Positions 31,406-42,045 of a stretch of DNA of 64,000 nucleotides are shown here, in pieces. The translations under genes and the position numbers were made by a program. The first letter of the stretch is position 1. Each line of letters begins with the position of its first letter. The notes below the pieces were generated by a model that saw only the letters and a list, made by a program, of their open reading frames with translations, searched no databases and was not told the DNA's origin. The DNA is from an uncultured cyanobacterium (GTDB lineage: Bacteria > Cyanobacteriota > Cyanobacteriia > Cyanobacteriales > Microcystaceae). Where the stretch lies: assembly GCA_963807635.1 (NCBI GenBank), contig CAWEDJ010000036.1:1-64000 (forward strand). The letters run 5' to 3'.

Positions 31406-33091
31406 ATGCCAGAGAACCTAAGAAGTCAGATTATTACCCAGGGAGTCCAACGGAGTCCTAACCGAGCCATGTTAAGGGCTGTCGGCTTTGGAGACGATGA
31501 TTTTACTAAACCCATTGTGGGCATTGCTAACGGCTACAGCACGATTACGCCCTGTAATATGGGGATGAATGAACTGGCCAAACGGGCTGAAATTGGCTTA
31601 AAAACGGCAGGAGCCATGCCCCAAATGTTCGGGACGATTACCATCAGTGACGGGATCTCGATGGGAACGGAAGGAATGAAATATTCCCTAGTTTCCCGTG
31701 ATGTAATCGCAGATTCCATTGAAACGGCTTGTACTGGCCAAAGTATGGACGGGGTTTTGGCCATTGGTGGCTGTGATAAAAATATGCCTGGAGCGATGAT
31801 TGCGATCGCCCGAATGAATATTCCAGGGATTTTTGTCTATGGGGGAACGATTAAACCTGGTCATTATGAAGGCCAAGATTTAACGGTGGTCAGTTCCTTT
31901 GAAGCGGTCGGTCAATATATCGCGGGAAAAATCACCGAAGAAACCCTGATGGGCATTGAACGAAATGCTTGTCCTGGAGCGGGTTCCTGTGGGGGAATGT
32001 TTACCGCGAATACCATGTCTTCTGCCTTTGAAGCGATGGGCATGAGTCTGCCCTATTCTTCTACTATGGCGGCCGTTGACGAAGAAAAAGCCGATAGTAC
32101 GGAAGCGTCTGCCAAGGTTTTAGTGGAAGCCATTCGCAAACAAATTTTACCCAGTCACATCCTCACTCGTAAAGCCTTTGAAAATGCGATTTCTGTGATT
32201 ATGGCGGTCGGCGGTTCTACTAATGCCGTTCTGCATCTGTTGGCGATCGCCAATACCATTGGGGTGGAATTAATCCTAGATGACTTTGAAACGATTCGTC
32301 ATCGGGTTCCTGTCCTGTGTGACCTCAAACCATCGGGGAAATATGTCACCACGAATTTACATCAGGCGGGCGGTATTCCCCAGGTCATGAAAATGTTGTT
32401 GGTTCATGGTTTACTGCATGGTGATGAACTAACGATTTCGGGTCAAACCATTGCGGAAATTTTAAAAGAGATTCCCGATGAACCCGCGAGCGATCAAGAT
32501 GTCATTCGTCCTTGGAGTAATCCCGTTTATCAAGAAGGACATTTAGCGGTTTTAAAAGGAAATTTAGCCATTGAAGGTTCCGTTGCCAAAATTAGCGGTA
32601 TCAAAAATCCTCAAATCACAGGCCCTGCAAGGGTGTTTGAATCGGAAGAGGATTGTTTAGCGGCAATATTGGCGAATAAAATTCAGGCGGGAGATGTGAT
32701 TGTCGTCCGTTATGAAGGTCCCAAGGGCGGCCCAGGAATGCGCGAAATGTTAGCTCCAACTTCAGCCATTATCGGTGCAGGTTTAGGAGATTCGGTCGGT
32801 TTAATTACCGATGGTCGTTTTTCGGGCGGAACCTACGGCATGGTGGTCGGTCACGTTGCCCCAGAAGCCTATGTGGGAGGCGCGATCGCCTTAGTGAAAG
32901 AAGGAGATAGTATCACCATTGATGCCAAGGAACGACTACTGCAATTGAATATTACCGAAGAAGAAATGGCCCAACGGTTCAACCATTGGCAAGCTCCCCA
33001 ACCCCGTTATACCAGGGGCGTTTTAGGGAAGTATGCGAAGTTAGTTTCTTCGAGTAGTTTAGGAGCTGTGACGGATTTGAATTTATTTTAA
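31406..33091 (+). CDS. ilvD: Dihydroxy-acid dehydratase
   Basis: [41 protein letters not shown]. Confidence 0.96.
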   Translation: MPENLRSQIITQGVQRSPNRAMLRAVGFGDDDFTKPIVGIANGYSTITPCNMGMNELAKRAEIGLKTAGAMPQMFGTITISDGISMGTEGMKYSLVSRDVIADSIETACTGQSMDGVLAIGGCDKNMPGAMIAIARMNIPGIFVYGGTIKPGHYEGQDLTVVSSFEAVGQYIAGKITEETLMGIERNACPGAGSCGGMFTANTMSSAFEAMGMSLPYSSTMAAVDEEKADSTEASAKVLVEAIRKQILPSHILTRKAFENAISVIMAVGGSTNAVLHLLAIANTIGVELILDDFETIRHRVPVLCDLKPSGKYVTTNLHQAGGIPQVMKMLLVHGLLHGDELTISGQTIAEILKEIPDEPASDQDVIRPWSNPVYQEGHLAVLKGNLAIEGSVAKISGIKNPQITGPARVFESEEDCLAAILANKIQAGDVIVVRYEGPKGGPGMREMLAPTSAIIGAGLGDSVGLITDGRFSGGTYGMVVGHVAPEAYVGGAIALVKEGDSITIDAKERLLQLNITEEEMAQRFNHWQAPQPRYTRGVLGKYAKLVSSSSLGAVTDLNLF

Positions 33092-33217
33092 ATTGCTTTA
33101 TTTAGGCTCTCTTAAATTAAGGTGATTATTGACTTTAATTAGGGAGTCTAAATTAAACGGCGATCGCATTTTTATTCTGATAAGTTGCCGTACCTTACCC
33201 ACAAGCAATAAGACAAG

Positions 33218-33304
33218 TTATGAAAATATTTTGATTGCTTCTTTTACCTTAAACCATAAAGAACGAATTTTCCAAAATTTACTCGTCTTCATTGCTTCAA
33301 TTTC
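33218..33304 (-). pseudogene. Orphan C-terminal tail of a glycan-locus gene
   Basis: EIEAMKTSKFWKIRSLWFKVKEAIKIFS* resembles RIAALKSSKFWILRTSWFKIKK at the end of 35263..36609. Confidence 0.6.
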
Positions 33305-33305
33305 G

Positions 33306-33435
33306 CTGATATTAATCCCAAGTGCAGATATTTAAAATATTCATAACTTCTCACTTCTGGGAATAAGTCTCTATACACTTCACAGTATTCATCAATGAAT
33401 TTCACTGTTTTTTGCGCATCCCGTGGCTTAACCAT
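33306..33435 (-). pseudogene. IS701-family transposase N-terminal remnant
   Basis: MVKPRDAQKTVKFIDEYCEVYRDLFPEVRSYEYFKYLHLGLIS. Confidence 0.7.
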
Positions 33436-33503
33436 ATACCACCTACCTCTTTCACGGCTTTTTCTTAATTATAACTCTCCTTCTCTGATAGAACAGCGAT
33501 ATT

Positions 33504-33570
33504 GCCGACCTAGCGGTCGGCGGGCTGCTTATCCCAATCGCAGCAAGCTGCGGGGTATGCGCAGTTTTTT
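33504..33570. mobile_element. Hairpins resembling an IS200/IS605-family end
   Basis: GCCGACC-TAGC-GGTCGGC followed by GCTGCTTATCCC..CGCAGCAAGCTGCG..GGTATGCGCAG. Confidence 0.4.
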
Positions 33571-33645
33571 AGATTAATAGAACAACAATAGGGCAAAGAT
33601 TTTGTAGAGCCGCATCGTTCATTTATTGATGCCATACGGAATGTC

Positions 33646-35049
33646 TTAAAACGTCTGCTTCGACGGCAATATTAAAATATCGAGGTGTTGTGTTGTGTTT
33701 AGATTTAGTTCATAGAAGTTTTTTAAAAAATCTAGCGTAATTGGTTCAATCTGATTATTTACCCACCTGAAAGTTTCCGTTGCGTATCGAACAATAAATT
33801 CAAAATACTCTTCACGGCAGTTTAGGCGATTAATTCCATAGGGCCAGAATTCAACATAAATGGGCGCGTTTGCTTTTTTGAAAAACTCTTGCCCACCTTT
33901 GAAAATTAGACCTTCACTACCTTGACAATCTATGCAAATCCAACCAATTTTTTCCGCAACAATATCGTGTTGACTGGATAGATGATCTAGAGTAGTAAAA
34001 TTAACCCGCTCAGTGTTAAATTGCTCTTCATGGTAGAGATTTTCTGAGTTTTTATCTAAGTCAGAAGACATTCGGAAATCGCCACAGTTATACGGACTAC
34101 AGATTATATCTTGCTCTCCAATGAAGTCTGCTAACCCATATTTCAGTACCTGAATTTTATCATTTAAATTATTAACACCGATGTTCCATTGCATGAATTG
34201 GTAGTTAACAGAAGAAGCCTCAATCCCGATCGCTTTAGTAAAATCTCCACTGGCAATGGCATAGATAGCCATGGAGCCAATATTTGCTCCAACATCTAAA
34301 AAAGTGTTTTTGTCAGGAGTAATCCAATGATTGTCTCTTAGAAATTTTAAGCAATTATTAAAGTCTGACAACTGATACGGTTCACTGCTCAAGGTGACAA
34401 ACAATTGTGCTTGATCAAAACCTGGATATAACAGATACGAGTCAATGGACTCTGCCTTTGTCAATATCCCAAACAAACTATTATTTTGGGGTATATGCAA
34501 ACGATTCTGATAATCATTGGAGGTAAAAAACTCAACAAAAATTTCGTGATCGCTAAGCGAAGATTTAGACCATTTAGAAATTTCGCCCTCATCGGGTTCT
34601 CGCTGCATTAAATATCGAATAAAACCATCTACTAACTGATAGCGAGACGTTATTTTTTCTGCCTCACGCTGTGCTAGTTGCTGATGAAGGATGGCTTTCT
34701 CATTTTCTAATTGTGAAACTTGTTCACTAAAAGCTATTTTCTCATTTTCCAATTGTGAAACTTGTTTACTAAAAGCTATTTTCTCATTTTCCAATTGTGA
34801 AACTTGTTCACTAAACGCAACTTTTTCGCTCTCAAGGTAATACACCTTCTGGTTAAAAACTGTTTTCTCACCTTCCAATTCCAATACTTGGTGCGAAAAG
34901 TGGGCAACTTCCCCTCTTAGATAAGCGACCTCATCCCGAAGGGAAGCTACTTCTTCTTTTAAGCTCTCATAGTTATTGATTAACTTTGTAAAGCCAGGAA
35001 TACGTCGAAAAAAAGATTTAATATCCAGTTTAATAGGAGATTTAGCCAT
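33646..35049 (-). CDS. Coiled-coil + DUF4214-like + FkbM-family methyltransferase
   Basis: 14-aa repeats (QLENEKIAFSEQVS), LMQREPD..W..FFTS, FLDVGANIG, IDCQGSE. Confidence 0.85.
   Translation of the reverse strand: MAKSPIKLDIKSFFRRIPGFTKLINNYESLKEEVASLRDEVAYLRGEVAHFSHQVLELEGEKTVFNQKVYYLESEKVAFSEQVSQLENEKIAFSKQVSQLENEKIAFSEQVSQLENEKAILHQQLAQREAEKITSRYQLVDGFIRYLMQREPDEGEISKWSKSSLSDHEIFVEFFTSNDYQNRLHIPQNNSLFGILTKAESIDSYLLYPGFDQAQLFVTLSSEPYQLSDFNNCLKFLRDNHWITPDKNTFLDVGANIGSMAIYAIASGDFTKAIGIEASSVNYQFMQWNIGVNNLNDKIQVLKYGLADFIGEQDIICSPYNCGDFRMSSDLDKNSENLYHEEQFNTERVNFTTLDHLSSQHDIVAEKIGWICIDCQGSEGLIFKGGQEFFKKANAPIYVEFWPYGINRLNCREEYFEFIVRYATETFRWVNNQIEPITLDFLKNFYELNLNTTQHLDILILPSKQTF
34697..34822. repeat. 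42-bp coding tandem repeat (~3 copies plus degenerate copies)
   Basis: TTCTCATTTTC(T/C)AATTGTGAAACTTGTT(C/T)ACTAAAAGCTATT repeated. Confidence 0.85.
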
Positions 35050-35262
35050 TGTGATAAGGGGATAAAGATAATTTCATTGTACAACAGGAGCCGTTGCATA
35101 TAAGACAGAACAAAGGGCAGGAGAAAAGAGAAAATGCCTAATAAACTCTTGCTGATAAAGATTTTAGCACTTATTCAATGTTGTCAAAAAGCCACAAATA
35201 TAAGAAGAATATTTAACTAGTTTTTTTAAAACGAGTGATAGAATTCCCAAAAAATCAACTCA

Positions 35263-36609
35263 TTAATCTTCGATTTTTAGACCAACCATCTTTTTTATTT
35301 TAAACCAAGAAGTCCTTAGTATCCAAAACTTACTACTTTTGAGCGCAGCAATTCGTTGATGCACTTGATCTAAAGACTCTCGCAACTGATGGATTTCTAG
35401 TTCCTGTTTTTGAACCAATTTTTCTTGCTCCTCTAACTGATTTTGGAGTTGAGAATAAGAATTCGTTAAAGACTGAGCATCATTTTTCTGAAGACAAGAT
35501 GAACGAATCGACTCCTGTAAACTCGGTAACACTTCTGTTAACATAAACTCTTCCAGTTGTGGTTGCCAACCATAACGTTTAGTTGTATTCAACATCGTTA
35601 AAAAGAGTTTTTCATACTCAGCTTTTTCCAATAAAAGACTCCGAATGAGAGACAGGTAAAAAGTAAACTCTAGTGGAATCTTTTGATGATATTGATAACG
35701 AGCTACGGTGATACCTTGAGTTAAGGTTAGATAAATACAGTCAACTAATTGCTCGACGGGGCAATCGGTCATCTCAATTAGTTGTTCCGTTGATTGTCCC
35801 CAACATTCAAAGTCATGGCTCATCGAAGCATAAACGGATGTGGATGCAGCCAGTAGTTGAATTGTCGGTAATGGTTTAGCCCAATCTGATGTACAAAGCC
35901 ATGAAATTCCACTGGAACATCCCACCAATAGACTACAGTATTTACTTAACTCTGCATGATCTCGAAAAGAAAGAGTACTACTACTGATAATTCTTTCGTC
36001 ACCAGAGTCAACCGAAATGGCAGAAGCCAGGATGATGCTTATGTTAGGAAGTTTTGTTAATAAATTTCTGGCAACTTCTAATGCGTAATCGGGTCTAACA
36101 AATGATTGACCGCTATTTGAAGAACATTCAAATAAAATAACATTGCTTCTTTCTGTTAACCGATGAAGTGTGGCAAATTGTTGAACCGTTTCTATCTCTT
36201 CTGGCAATAGATTTATCACTGGCGTAATCGTTACAGTGATTGGTCGAGGATAGGCTCGAAAAATAGATAGCCTGACGGTACCGTCAAAATTGTGAAAATT
36301 ATTAGGAGATATTTGGGTGAGAAAAACTTCATCAAAGTCTCCATTTCGATAACGATTTGCTGCTTCTTTTTCAAAGGCTTGCCAAGCCGAAGTCATCTCT
36401 CCATGATTTTGCATGGGGAATTCCCAAATTTCGTCAACATCGGGATTGCCTTTCAAAACATCACGACACATCGAACTGATTCCCCAGGTCAGAAAACAGC
36501 CAGGGTAATCGGCCTTGATTTGGCGAGCGATCGCCGTTGCATAGAGACAGTCTCCCCTGGCAGAAAGATGTCCTAGTAAAATCCTTTGAACCCTTTGTTT
36601 CTCTGTCAT
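35263..36609 (-). CDS. GT9-like (heptosyltransferase-fold) glycosyltransferase with a C-terminal coiled coil
   Basis: RGDCLYATAIARQIKADYP, GNPDVDEI, LLVGCSSGISW; tail SSKFWILR. Confidence 0.7.
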   Translation of the reverse strand: MTEKQRVQRILLGHLSARGDCLYATAIARQIKADYPGCFLTWGISSMCRDVLKGNPDVDEIWEFPMQNHGEMTSAWQAFEKEAANRYRNGDFDEVFLTQISPNNFHNFDGTVRLSIFRAYPRPITVTITPVINLLPEEIETVQQFATLHRLTERSNVILFECSSNSGQSFVRPDYALEVARNLLTKLPNISIILASAISVDSGDERIISSSTLSFRDHAELSKYCSLLVGCSSGISWLCTSDWAKPLPTIQLLAASTSVYASMSHDFECWGQSTEQLIEMTDCPVEQLVDCIYLTLTQGITVARYQYHQKIPLEFTFYLSLIRSLLLEKAEYEKLFLTMLNTTKRYGWQPQLEEFMLTEVLPSLQESIRSSCLQKNDAQSLTNSYSQLQNQLEEQEKLVQKQELEIHQLRESLDQVHQRIAALKSSKFWILRTSWFKIKKMVGLKIED

Positions 36610-36661
36610 GTAAATGAATAAAAATGTTACAGTTGAATCAAGTTTCTATGGTGAAATATAT

Positions 36662-37535
36662 TTAACCTGACTCCATCATAATTCTTGCTAGAGTCTTTAA
36701 ATCTACAGAGGAAGACCAACCAAGGGAAAAAATTGTTTCTGGATTAGAGACTAGGTAAGGATATTCTGCCTGAAAACCCTCCTGACAAATCACATATTTT
36801 TTTCCAGTCTAGCCCCACATAGTCAAAACATAGCTCTAACCAGTCCTGAATGGAATGAGAAACACCAGAGCCAATCACAGCTTCGTAAACATTATTTTGG
36901 CCAGTTAAAGTTAGCATTCCTTCGGCAACATCCCCCGCAAAAGTCCACTCTTTTGTAACTCTTATATCACCTACCTCTAAAAAACTTAGTTCACCCGTTG
37001 CAATTTTGTAAACAGCCGATGTTATTTTTTTGCTGACGTGATGGGATTTGCGAAGTGGGCTTTCGTGATGAAAAAGGTAGCCAACATAGACCTGTAAGCC
37101 AAGAGAGCGGTAATACCTAGCTGCATAGGTAGATTGAATACGGTTTAGAGCGTAGGCATTTGAGGTCAGAAAAGGGTCTTTTTCGGAAATTGGCGTTCCA
37201 TTATTGACAAATTGAAGTCCACTGCCAGTAATAAAAACTTTAGACCGAGGAGAATGAAGTTTTACCACTTCGAGTATATTAAGCGTTCCAGTACAAATTG
37301 TTTGGTGATTTTCCCATAAAACCTCATGACCAGTAGAGGAGTTGGCTGCTAAATGAAAAATAAAATCGGGAGAGTAATGGCGGATAAGAGTTTCCACTTG
37401 TTTATAACAAGCGACATCTCCTTTCAGCCAATTGCCTGATCGCGATATCCCTATAGGCTCAATATTCCTTTTTCGGCAGGACTCCGCCAAGTAGAATCCA
37501 TCCTGACCATTTGCACCAAAAATTAGAGTTTTCAT
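36662..37535 (-). CDS. GDP-mannose 4,6-dehydratase-like SDR (+1 frameshift in an A7 run at ~36800)
   Basis: GANGQDGFYLA, FHLAA, LFHHESPLR, KKIT; corrected end WKKYV...LGWSSSVDLKTLARIMMESG*. Confidence 0.85.
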
Positions 37536-37544
37536 GTCAAAGAA

Positions 37545-40094
37545 TTAGGATTTTTCAAAAACAACCATGCCAAAAGTATATTTCATTAAGGGATGGGGAG
37601 CATAATAGCCGTAGTGAATAACCGGATCTCCGAGCGTCCAATCCATTTCGTTTACCAGATGCAATGATTGGCGATTGCAGGCTTCAATGAATTGATAAAC
37701 TTTCTGTTTGTCCAAGGGCTGCCAAGCTAAGCCATAAAGACGAACAGGGGGGATAACTTTGGGTTCCCAATAGTCGAAGGTAACAAACAGACGGCCGCCT
37801 GGCTGAAGTAGGCGACTAACTTCTGAGGTAAAGCGATCAAAATCTACTTCATGTTCAATCACCGAAAGACAGGAAATATTGGCAAAATGTTGTGAAGGTA
37901 AGCCTGTCTCCATTAAATCTCCTTTAAGGTAGCTAACGCGAGGAATCGGCACATCAGGATCATTAAAGTCAATACCATACAGATCGCCTTTAATATTCTT
38001 TAGGGTTAGATTTTTGAGGATATAGGAATCTGAACTACCCATGTCCAAAAAATTACCATCTCCAATTTCCGAGACAATGTGAGCAATGTCCCAATCTTTA
38101 CAGATAAGATTGTGAGACGCAAAACCATTCCGATGCAAAAATGTTGTACAATCATCAACCTCGCTCTTGTACTTCAGAAATTTACAAAGATTGGTAACAG
38201 GTAATTTCGGCTGTATAAAATTAGACTCTATGGCGTTACTCGTCAACATCAATAAAGATTCAATTTTTGCTGGGTCTGGTTTCAGCAATATCCAACAGGA
38301 ACTAAGTTGCTTCTCGACCCCATAACCGATCACATCCAAGACATCAAGCCATAATTTACTATCCGTGTCAATCAGGATAATGACTGGTTGATCTTTTAAG
38401 ATAGTCCTGACAGCGCCGAGAAGAACCTCTGCCGCATTAGCGCCATCACCAATTTTGATCAAGCTAACCCGATTACTGATATTTAGATCATCAATTGCAA
38501 TGGTCTGAACTTCCTCTAGTTCCAACGATTGATCCAGATTATCGGGGGATACACCAGTTCTTGCTCCTACTTGACTCAGATAGGGTCTGACATTGTAAAG
38601 ATGATTTGCTGCCAATGTTTTTTGTAAAGCATGAAAAAGATAAGCATCCGCTTCAAAAGCTAAAACTTGTCCTTGATCACTAGTAAATTTTGCAAACAAA
38701 GAGGTGCTTTGACCGAACCTGGTTCCAATATCAATGATGGTCGAACCCGTATCAATATACTGACGTGCAACCTCAATCACTTCTGGAGATTCTAGTTTTC
38801 CAGAACGTATCTTGCGAGTAACGGTCCCCATTGTCCCGTCAAATGGTAAGTAGTAATCTCCATTGGCAGTAGAATAGAACACTAAAGGGCGTTCTGAAAA
38901 TTTATCTTTAGGTAACGTCGCGGTAATGTCTACTTTTTCTTCGCCGTTGCCATCCGTTTTTGGAAAATCAATAATTTGGCGTTCCCTGTCAGGAATCTCA
39001 ATGCTATCCAAGGATTGATAGTAACGAGAGATGGCCATATATTCTGGATAGTCTGATAGCTTGCCCGAAAATATAGTTTTTTGTTTTTCATGCAGTCTAA
39101 AAATGGCAAGTTCTTGCGGAATATGGCAAGCAATTATCTTCTGCCTTGCCAAGCGGAGCCAAAAGTCATAATCCATCCCAAAATTGAGATTTTCGTTGAG
39201 AAACGCCCCAGAAATCTCCCAAGCTCGTCGGGTCCAAAATGCTTCTGGCTGAAAAAAGAACTTACCTGCCAGCCAATCTTCTCCAAAATCTAACATTGAC
39301 TCATAGTCTAAGGACAGGACTTCACCGAGGGGGAGACTGCAACGATGAGTTTTCAAAACAGAACGACAATGATCCTCAATTAATTGGCAACCCCCTACTA
39401 TCAGATCACAGTTGAAGGTATCAAATGCCTTAGCCACTTGCAGTAGTGTATCTGGGAGATATTGATCATCGCTGTTAAGCCAAGCAAGTATATCTCCCGT
39501 AGCATATCGAAACCCTTTGTTTAGAGCATTGGTCTGGCCTTCATCAGGTTCACTAATGCAAACAGTCAAATCCGCTTGATAACGCTCAAGGATCGTTGAG
39601 GTATTGTCAGTCGAGCCACCATCAATAACGATATATTCCAAGTTAGGATACCCCTGAAGAATAACGGAGCGAATAGTTTCTTCAAGATAGTCCCCATGAT
39701 TGTAAGTAGGAGTAACAATAGAAATCTTGGGCCAAGGTCTTCCTGAAGGTAACACGGAGGGGATTTTTTCGGGCTTATAACTCCAGGGCCAAAGGGGAGA
39801 ATTGTTATCTAAACTTTTTTGAAGTTGGCATTGGTTTGTTTGGACTAACTCAGTGGAATCTGAGCTAACCGATGGAGTAATTGTCAGTGACTGAAGAAGC
39901 TGTTTGAGATCATTATAATTGTTACTTAAGCAATCAATTCTCTGATCAACTAGACCAAATTTATTCGCCAAGAAATCAATTTTTAGATCAATGCAATCTA
40001 AACGATCAACGATGAAATTCTTCACGCGTTTAAAACGATCTAATAAATTAAGAGAGTGAAAAGACATCTTTAGTTTACTTTTGAAATTACTCAT
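37545..40094 (-). CDS. Three-domain fusion: GT2 + FkbM-like methyltransferase + class I methyltransferase
   Basis: PKISIVTPTYN..DGGSTD..WLNSDD; IIDIGTRFG..AFEAD; FLDMGS..SCLSVIEH..LQPGG. Confidence 0.85.
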   Translation of the reverse strand: MSNFKSKLKMSFHSLNLLDRFKRVKNFIVDRLDCIDLKIDFLANKFGLVDQRIDCLSNNYNDLKQLLQSLTITPSVSSDSTELVQTNQCQLQKSLDNNSPLWPWSYKPEKIPSVLPSGRPWPKISIVTPTYNHGDYLEETIRSVILQGYPNLEYIVIDGGSTDNTSTILERYQADLTVCISEPDEGQTNALNKGFRYATGDILAWLNSDDQYLPDTLLQVAKAFDTFNCDLIVGGCQLIEDHCRSVLKTHRCSLPLGEVLSLDYESMLDFGEDWLAGKFFFQPEAFWTRRAWEISGAFLNENLNFGMDYDFWLRLARQKIIACHIPQELAIFRLHEKQKTIFSGKLSDYPEYMAISRYYQSLDSIEIPDRERQIIDFPKTDGNGEEKVDITATLPKDKFSERPLVFYSTANGDYYLPFDGTMGTVTRKIRSGKLESPEVIEVARQYIDTGSTIIDIGTRFGQSTSLFAKFTSDQGQVLAFEADAYLFHALQKTLAANHLYNVRPYLSQVGARTGVSPDNLDQSLELEEVQTIAIDDLNISNRVSLIKIGDGANAAEVLLGAVRTILKDQPVIILIDTDSKLWLDVLDVIGYGVEKQLSSCWILLKPDPAKIESLLMLTSNAIESNFIQPKLPVTNLCKFLKYKSEVDDCTTFLHRNGFASHNLICKDWDIAHIVSEIGDGNFLDMGSSDSYILKNLTLKNIKGDLYGIDFNDPDVPIPRVSYLKGDLMETGLPSQHFANISCLSVIEHEVDFDRFTSEVSRLLQPGGRLFVTFDYWEPKVIPPVRLYGLAWQPLDKQKVYQFIEACNRQSLHLVNEMDWTLGDPVIHYGYYAPHPLMKYTFGMVVFEKS

Positions 40095-40127
40095 AGAAAA
40101 AATTTGTTGATAATAAAATGCTTTGAA

Positions 40128-41387
40128 CTAACGTTTAATAATTTGGATGTCAGGCAAGGGGAAAATCATTCCTGTGCCATTGTTAAGCATTTCCTCTTCA
40201 CGCTTCAGAAACTCATCCTTAAAATGCCAGGGTAAAACTAGATAATAATCAGGTTTCATTTGACGAGATTCTACTTCACTAATAATAGGAATATCTGTCC
40301 CAAGAGTGTAAGCTCCAAATTTATCGCGATTGCGATCCGCCGCATAGTCAACCAAGCGATTGTCCACACCGCACCATTGTAGAATTGTGTTTCCTTTAGT
40401 AGAAGCTCCATAAATGTGGATCGTTTTATGATCTTTTTTTAAGGATTTTAGCAATGAGAGAAGTTGGTCTCGGTGGATATTGATACGATCTTGAAAATTT
40501 TTATAGGGTTTGTCCGTATCCAATTCCATATCAAACTCCTCTTGGCGCAGCAATTTAATGCGTTGTTGAGATTGCTCACTTTTAAAGGAAAAGTTATTAA
40601 CGTGTGTTGCATAGCAACGAATACTTCCTCCGTTAATTTCGTTCAACTTAAGATCAAATATTTTTAGACCCGATTTCCTAAGAAGATACTCAATTACAGC
40701 AAGGCTGTAATACTCTAAGTGTTCGTGACAGATTGTATCGTAGGAATTCATCCTTAGCATTTCTGGCATATAGGACATCTCAAAAATCCAGAGTCCCTCT
40801 TCCGATAAAATACGCTTAATTTCCTTACAAAAACTTAGAGGGTCTTCCAGATCGTAAAACATTGCGATCGAAGTAATAATGTCAAACTTCTTCTCCTGTA
40901 TTGCCTTGTTTAACTCCCCTGACGGAAAAATATCTTGGATAACCTTGACATTTTCGCTAATCTCCTGAGCTACATCTGAGGGATCTACGCCAAACTTTAA
41001 ATATCCACTAGGATAATTGTTAAGAAGAGTCCCATCATTACAACCAATATCCAAAACTATAGCATCAGGCTTGTTGACTAATACCTGAGCATCCTCCGAG
41101 ATACCACGCAAATGATCACGCATTGTCTGATTTGTGCCAGACCTATACCAGTACGATGAGTAGAGTATCTCTGCGGGTACGCTATGTTCCATTTGAAGCA
41201 AACCACAAGCATTTTCATCTTTGGTTGGATCACAGCGAAGCAAGGAGAGGTCTATTTTTCGAAGAGGTGGCTCTTCCTTTCCTGGTTTGAAAAAAGAGCC
41301 TTGTAGGTACTGTCCCCCCAGATGAATCACTGGAGTCAAATTAGACGATCCACATATTCTGCAAGTATGACGATAGACTAAGTGCAT
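40128..41387 (-). CDS. NDP-hexose C-methyltransferase (zinc-binding, C3-methyltransferase type)
   Basis: CRICGS, DIGCNDGTLL, DTICHEH.EYY, NGGSIR, YGASTKGNT, LPWHFKDE. Confidence 0.85.
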   Translation of the reverse strand: MHLVYRHTCRICGSSNLTPVIHLGGQYLQGSFFKPGKEEPPLRKIDLSLLRCDPTKDENACGLLQMEHSVPAEILYSSYWYRSGTNQTMRDHLRGISEDAQVLVNKPDAIVLDIGCNDGTLLNNYPSGYLKFGVDPSDVAQEISENVKVIQDIFPSGELNKAIQEKKFDIITSIAMFYDLEDPLSFCKEIKRILSEEGLWIFEMSYMPEMLRMNSYDTICHEHLEYYSLAVIEYLLRKSGLKIFDLKLNEINGGSIRCYATHVNNFSFKSEQSQQRIKLLRQEEFDMELDTDKPYKNFQDRINIHRDQLLSLLKSLKKDHKTIHIYGASTKGNTILQWCGVDNRLVDYAADRNRDKFGAYTLGTDIPIISEVESRQMKPDYYLVLPWHFKDEFLKREEEMLNNGTGMIFPLPDIQIIKR

Positions 41388-41527
41388 AATTCAAAACTAA
41401 AAAATAATGTTTTTACTGATGTAGATAGACCACTGGACTATCATACTACTTGATAAAGCCCTCGAAAACAAGGGAAAACCATTGAATCTTTCACCATTGG
41501 TCATCTTTCGTGGGGCCGTTATCCACT

Positions 41528-41968
41528 TTAGTTTTTCCCTTCGATTGCATCACGGAGATGCTCGTTGATTTTGTCAATACATTGGTTACGTTCAAGGTTT
41601 AGTATTGCCAATTGTTTCACGACTTTGTCTTTTTCACTAGCAGGAACTTTTTCAAAGTCATACACTTTCTCCTGTTCATGCCAGAGTCGGCAATTTACCT
41701 CAGCAAGACTAGAGAATACATTTCCGATATTACCAGAAATCTCACGAGTCTCATTTCCTGTTTTCTTATAGACCTTGTTGGCATCGAAAACTAGGCGAGC
41801 AAGGGGAATATCACCAGAAATGGCCGAGGAAATAAACTCGTCTATCTCGACCTTGAGTTGCTGTTCTTGCCTGGCTAGACTTTCCAATCTGCCTGAATCT
41901 TCGGAATGCCACTGCTTTAACTTAACAATTGTCAATTTGTCACATAGAGAACCAAATGTTTCTGCCAT
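41528..41968 (-). CDS. Small helical protein, DUF4254/DUF6165-like
   Basis: ETFGSLCDKLTI..LK.WH and VNCRLWHEQE..LNLERN..IDKIN motifs; first gene of the minus-strand operon. Confidence 0.55.
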   Translation of the reverse strand: MAETFGSLCDKLTIVKLKQWHSEDSGRLESLARQEQQLKVEIDEFISSAISGDIPLARLVFDANKVYKKTGNETREISGNIGNVFSSLAEVNCRLWHEQEKVYDFEKVPASEKDKVVKQLAILNLERNQCIDKINEHLRDAIEGKN

Positions 41969-42045
41969 AATTACTAAGTCTTTTTATTGGAAGTCTAGCC
42001 ATTCTAGCTGATGAGTAGGGACTTTTCAACGACTATGTCAATCAA

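Noticed and set aside
35088..35225. Possible IS-end remnant (CCGTTGCATATAAGACAGAACAAAGGGCAGG...)
   Set aside because: No partner inverted repeat or transposase fragment found to support it.
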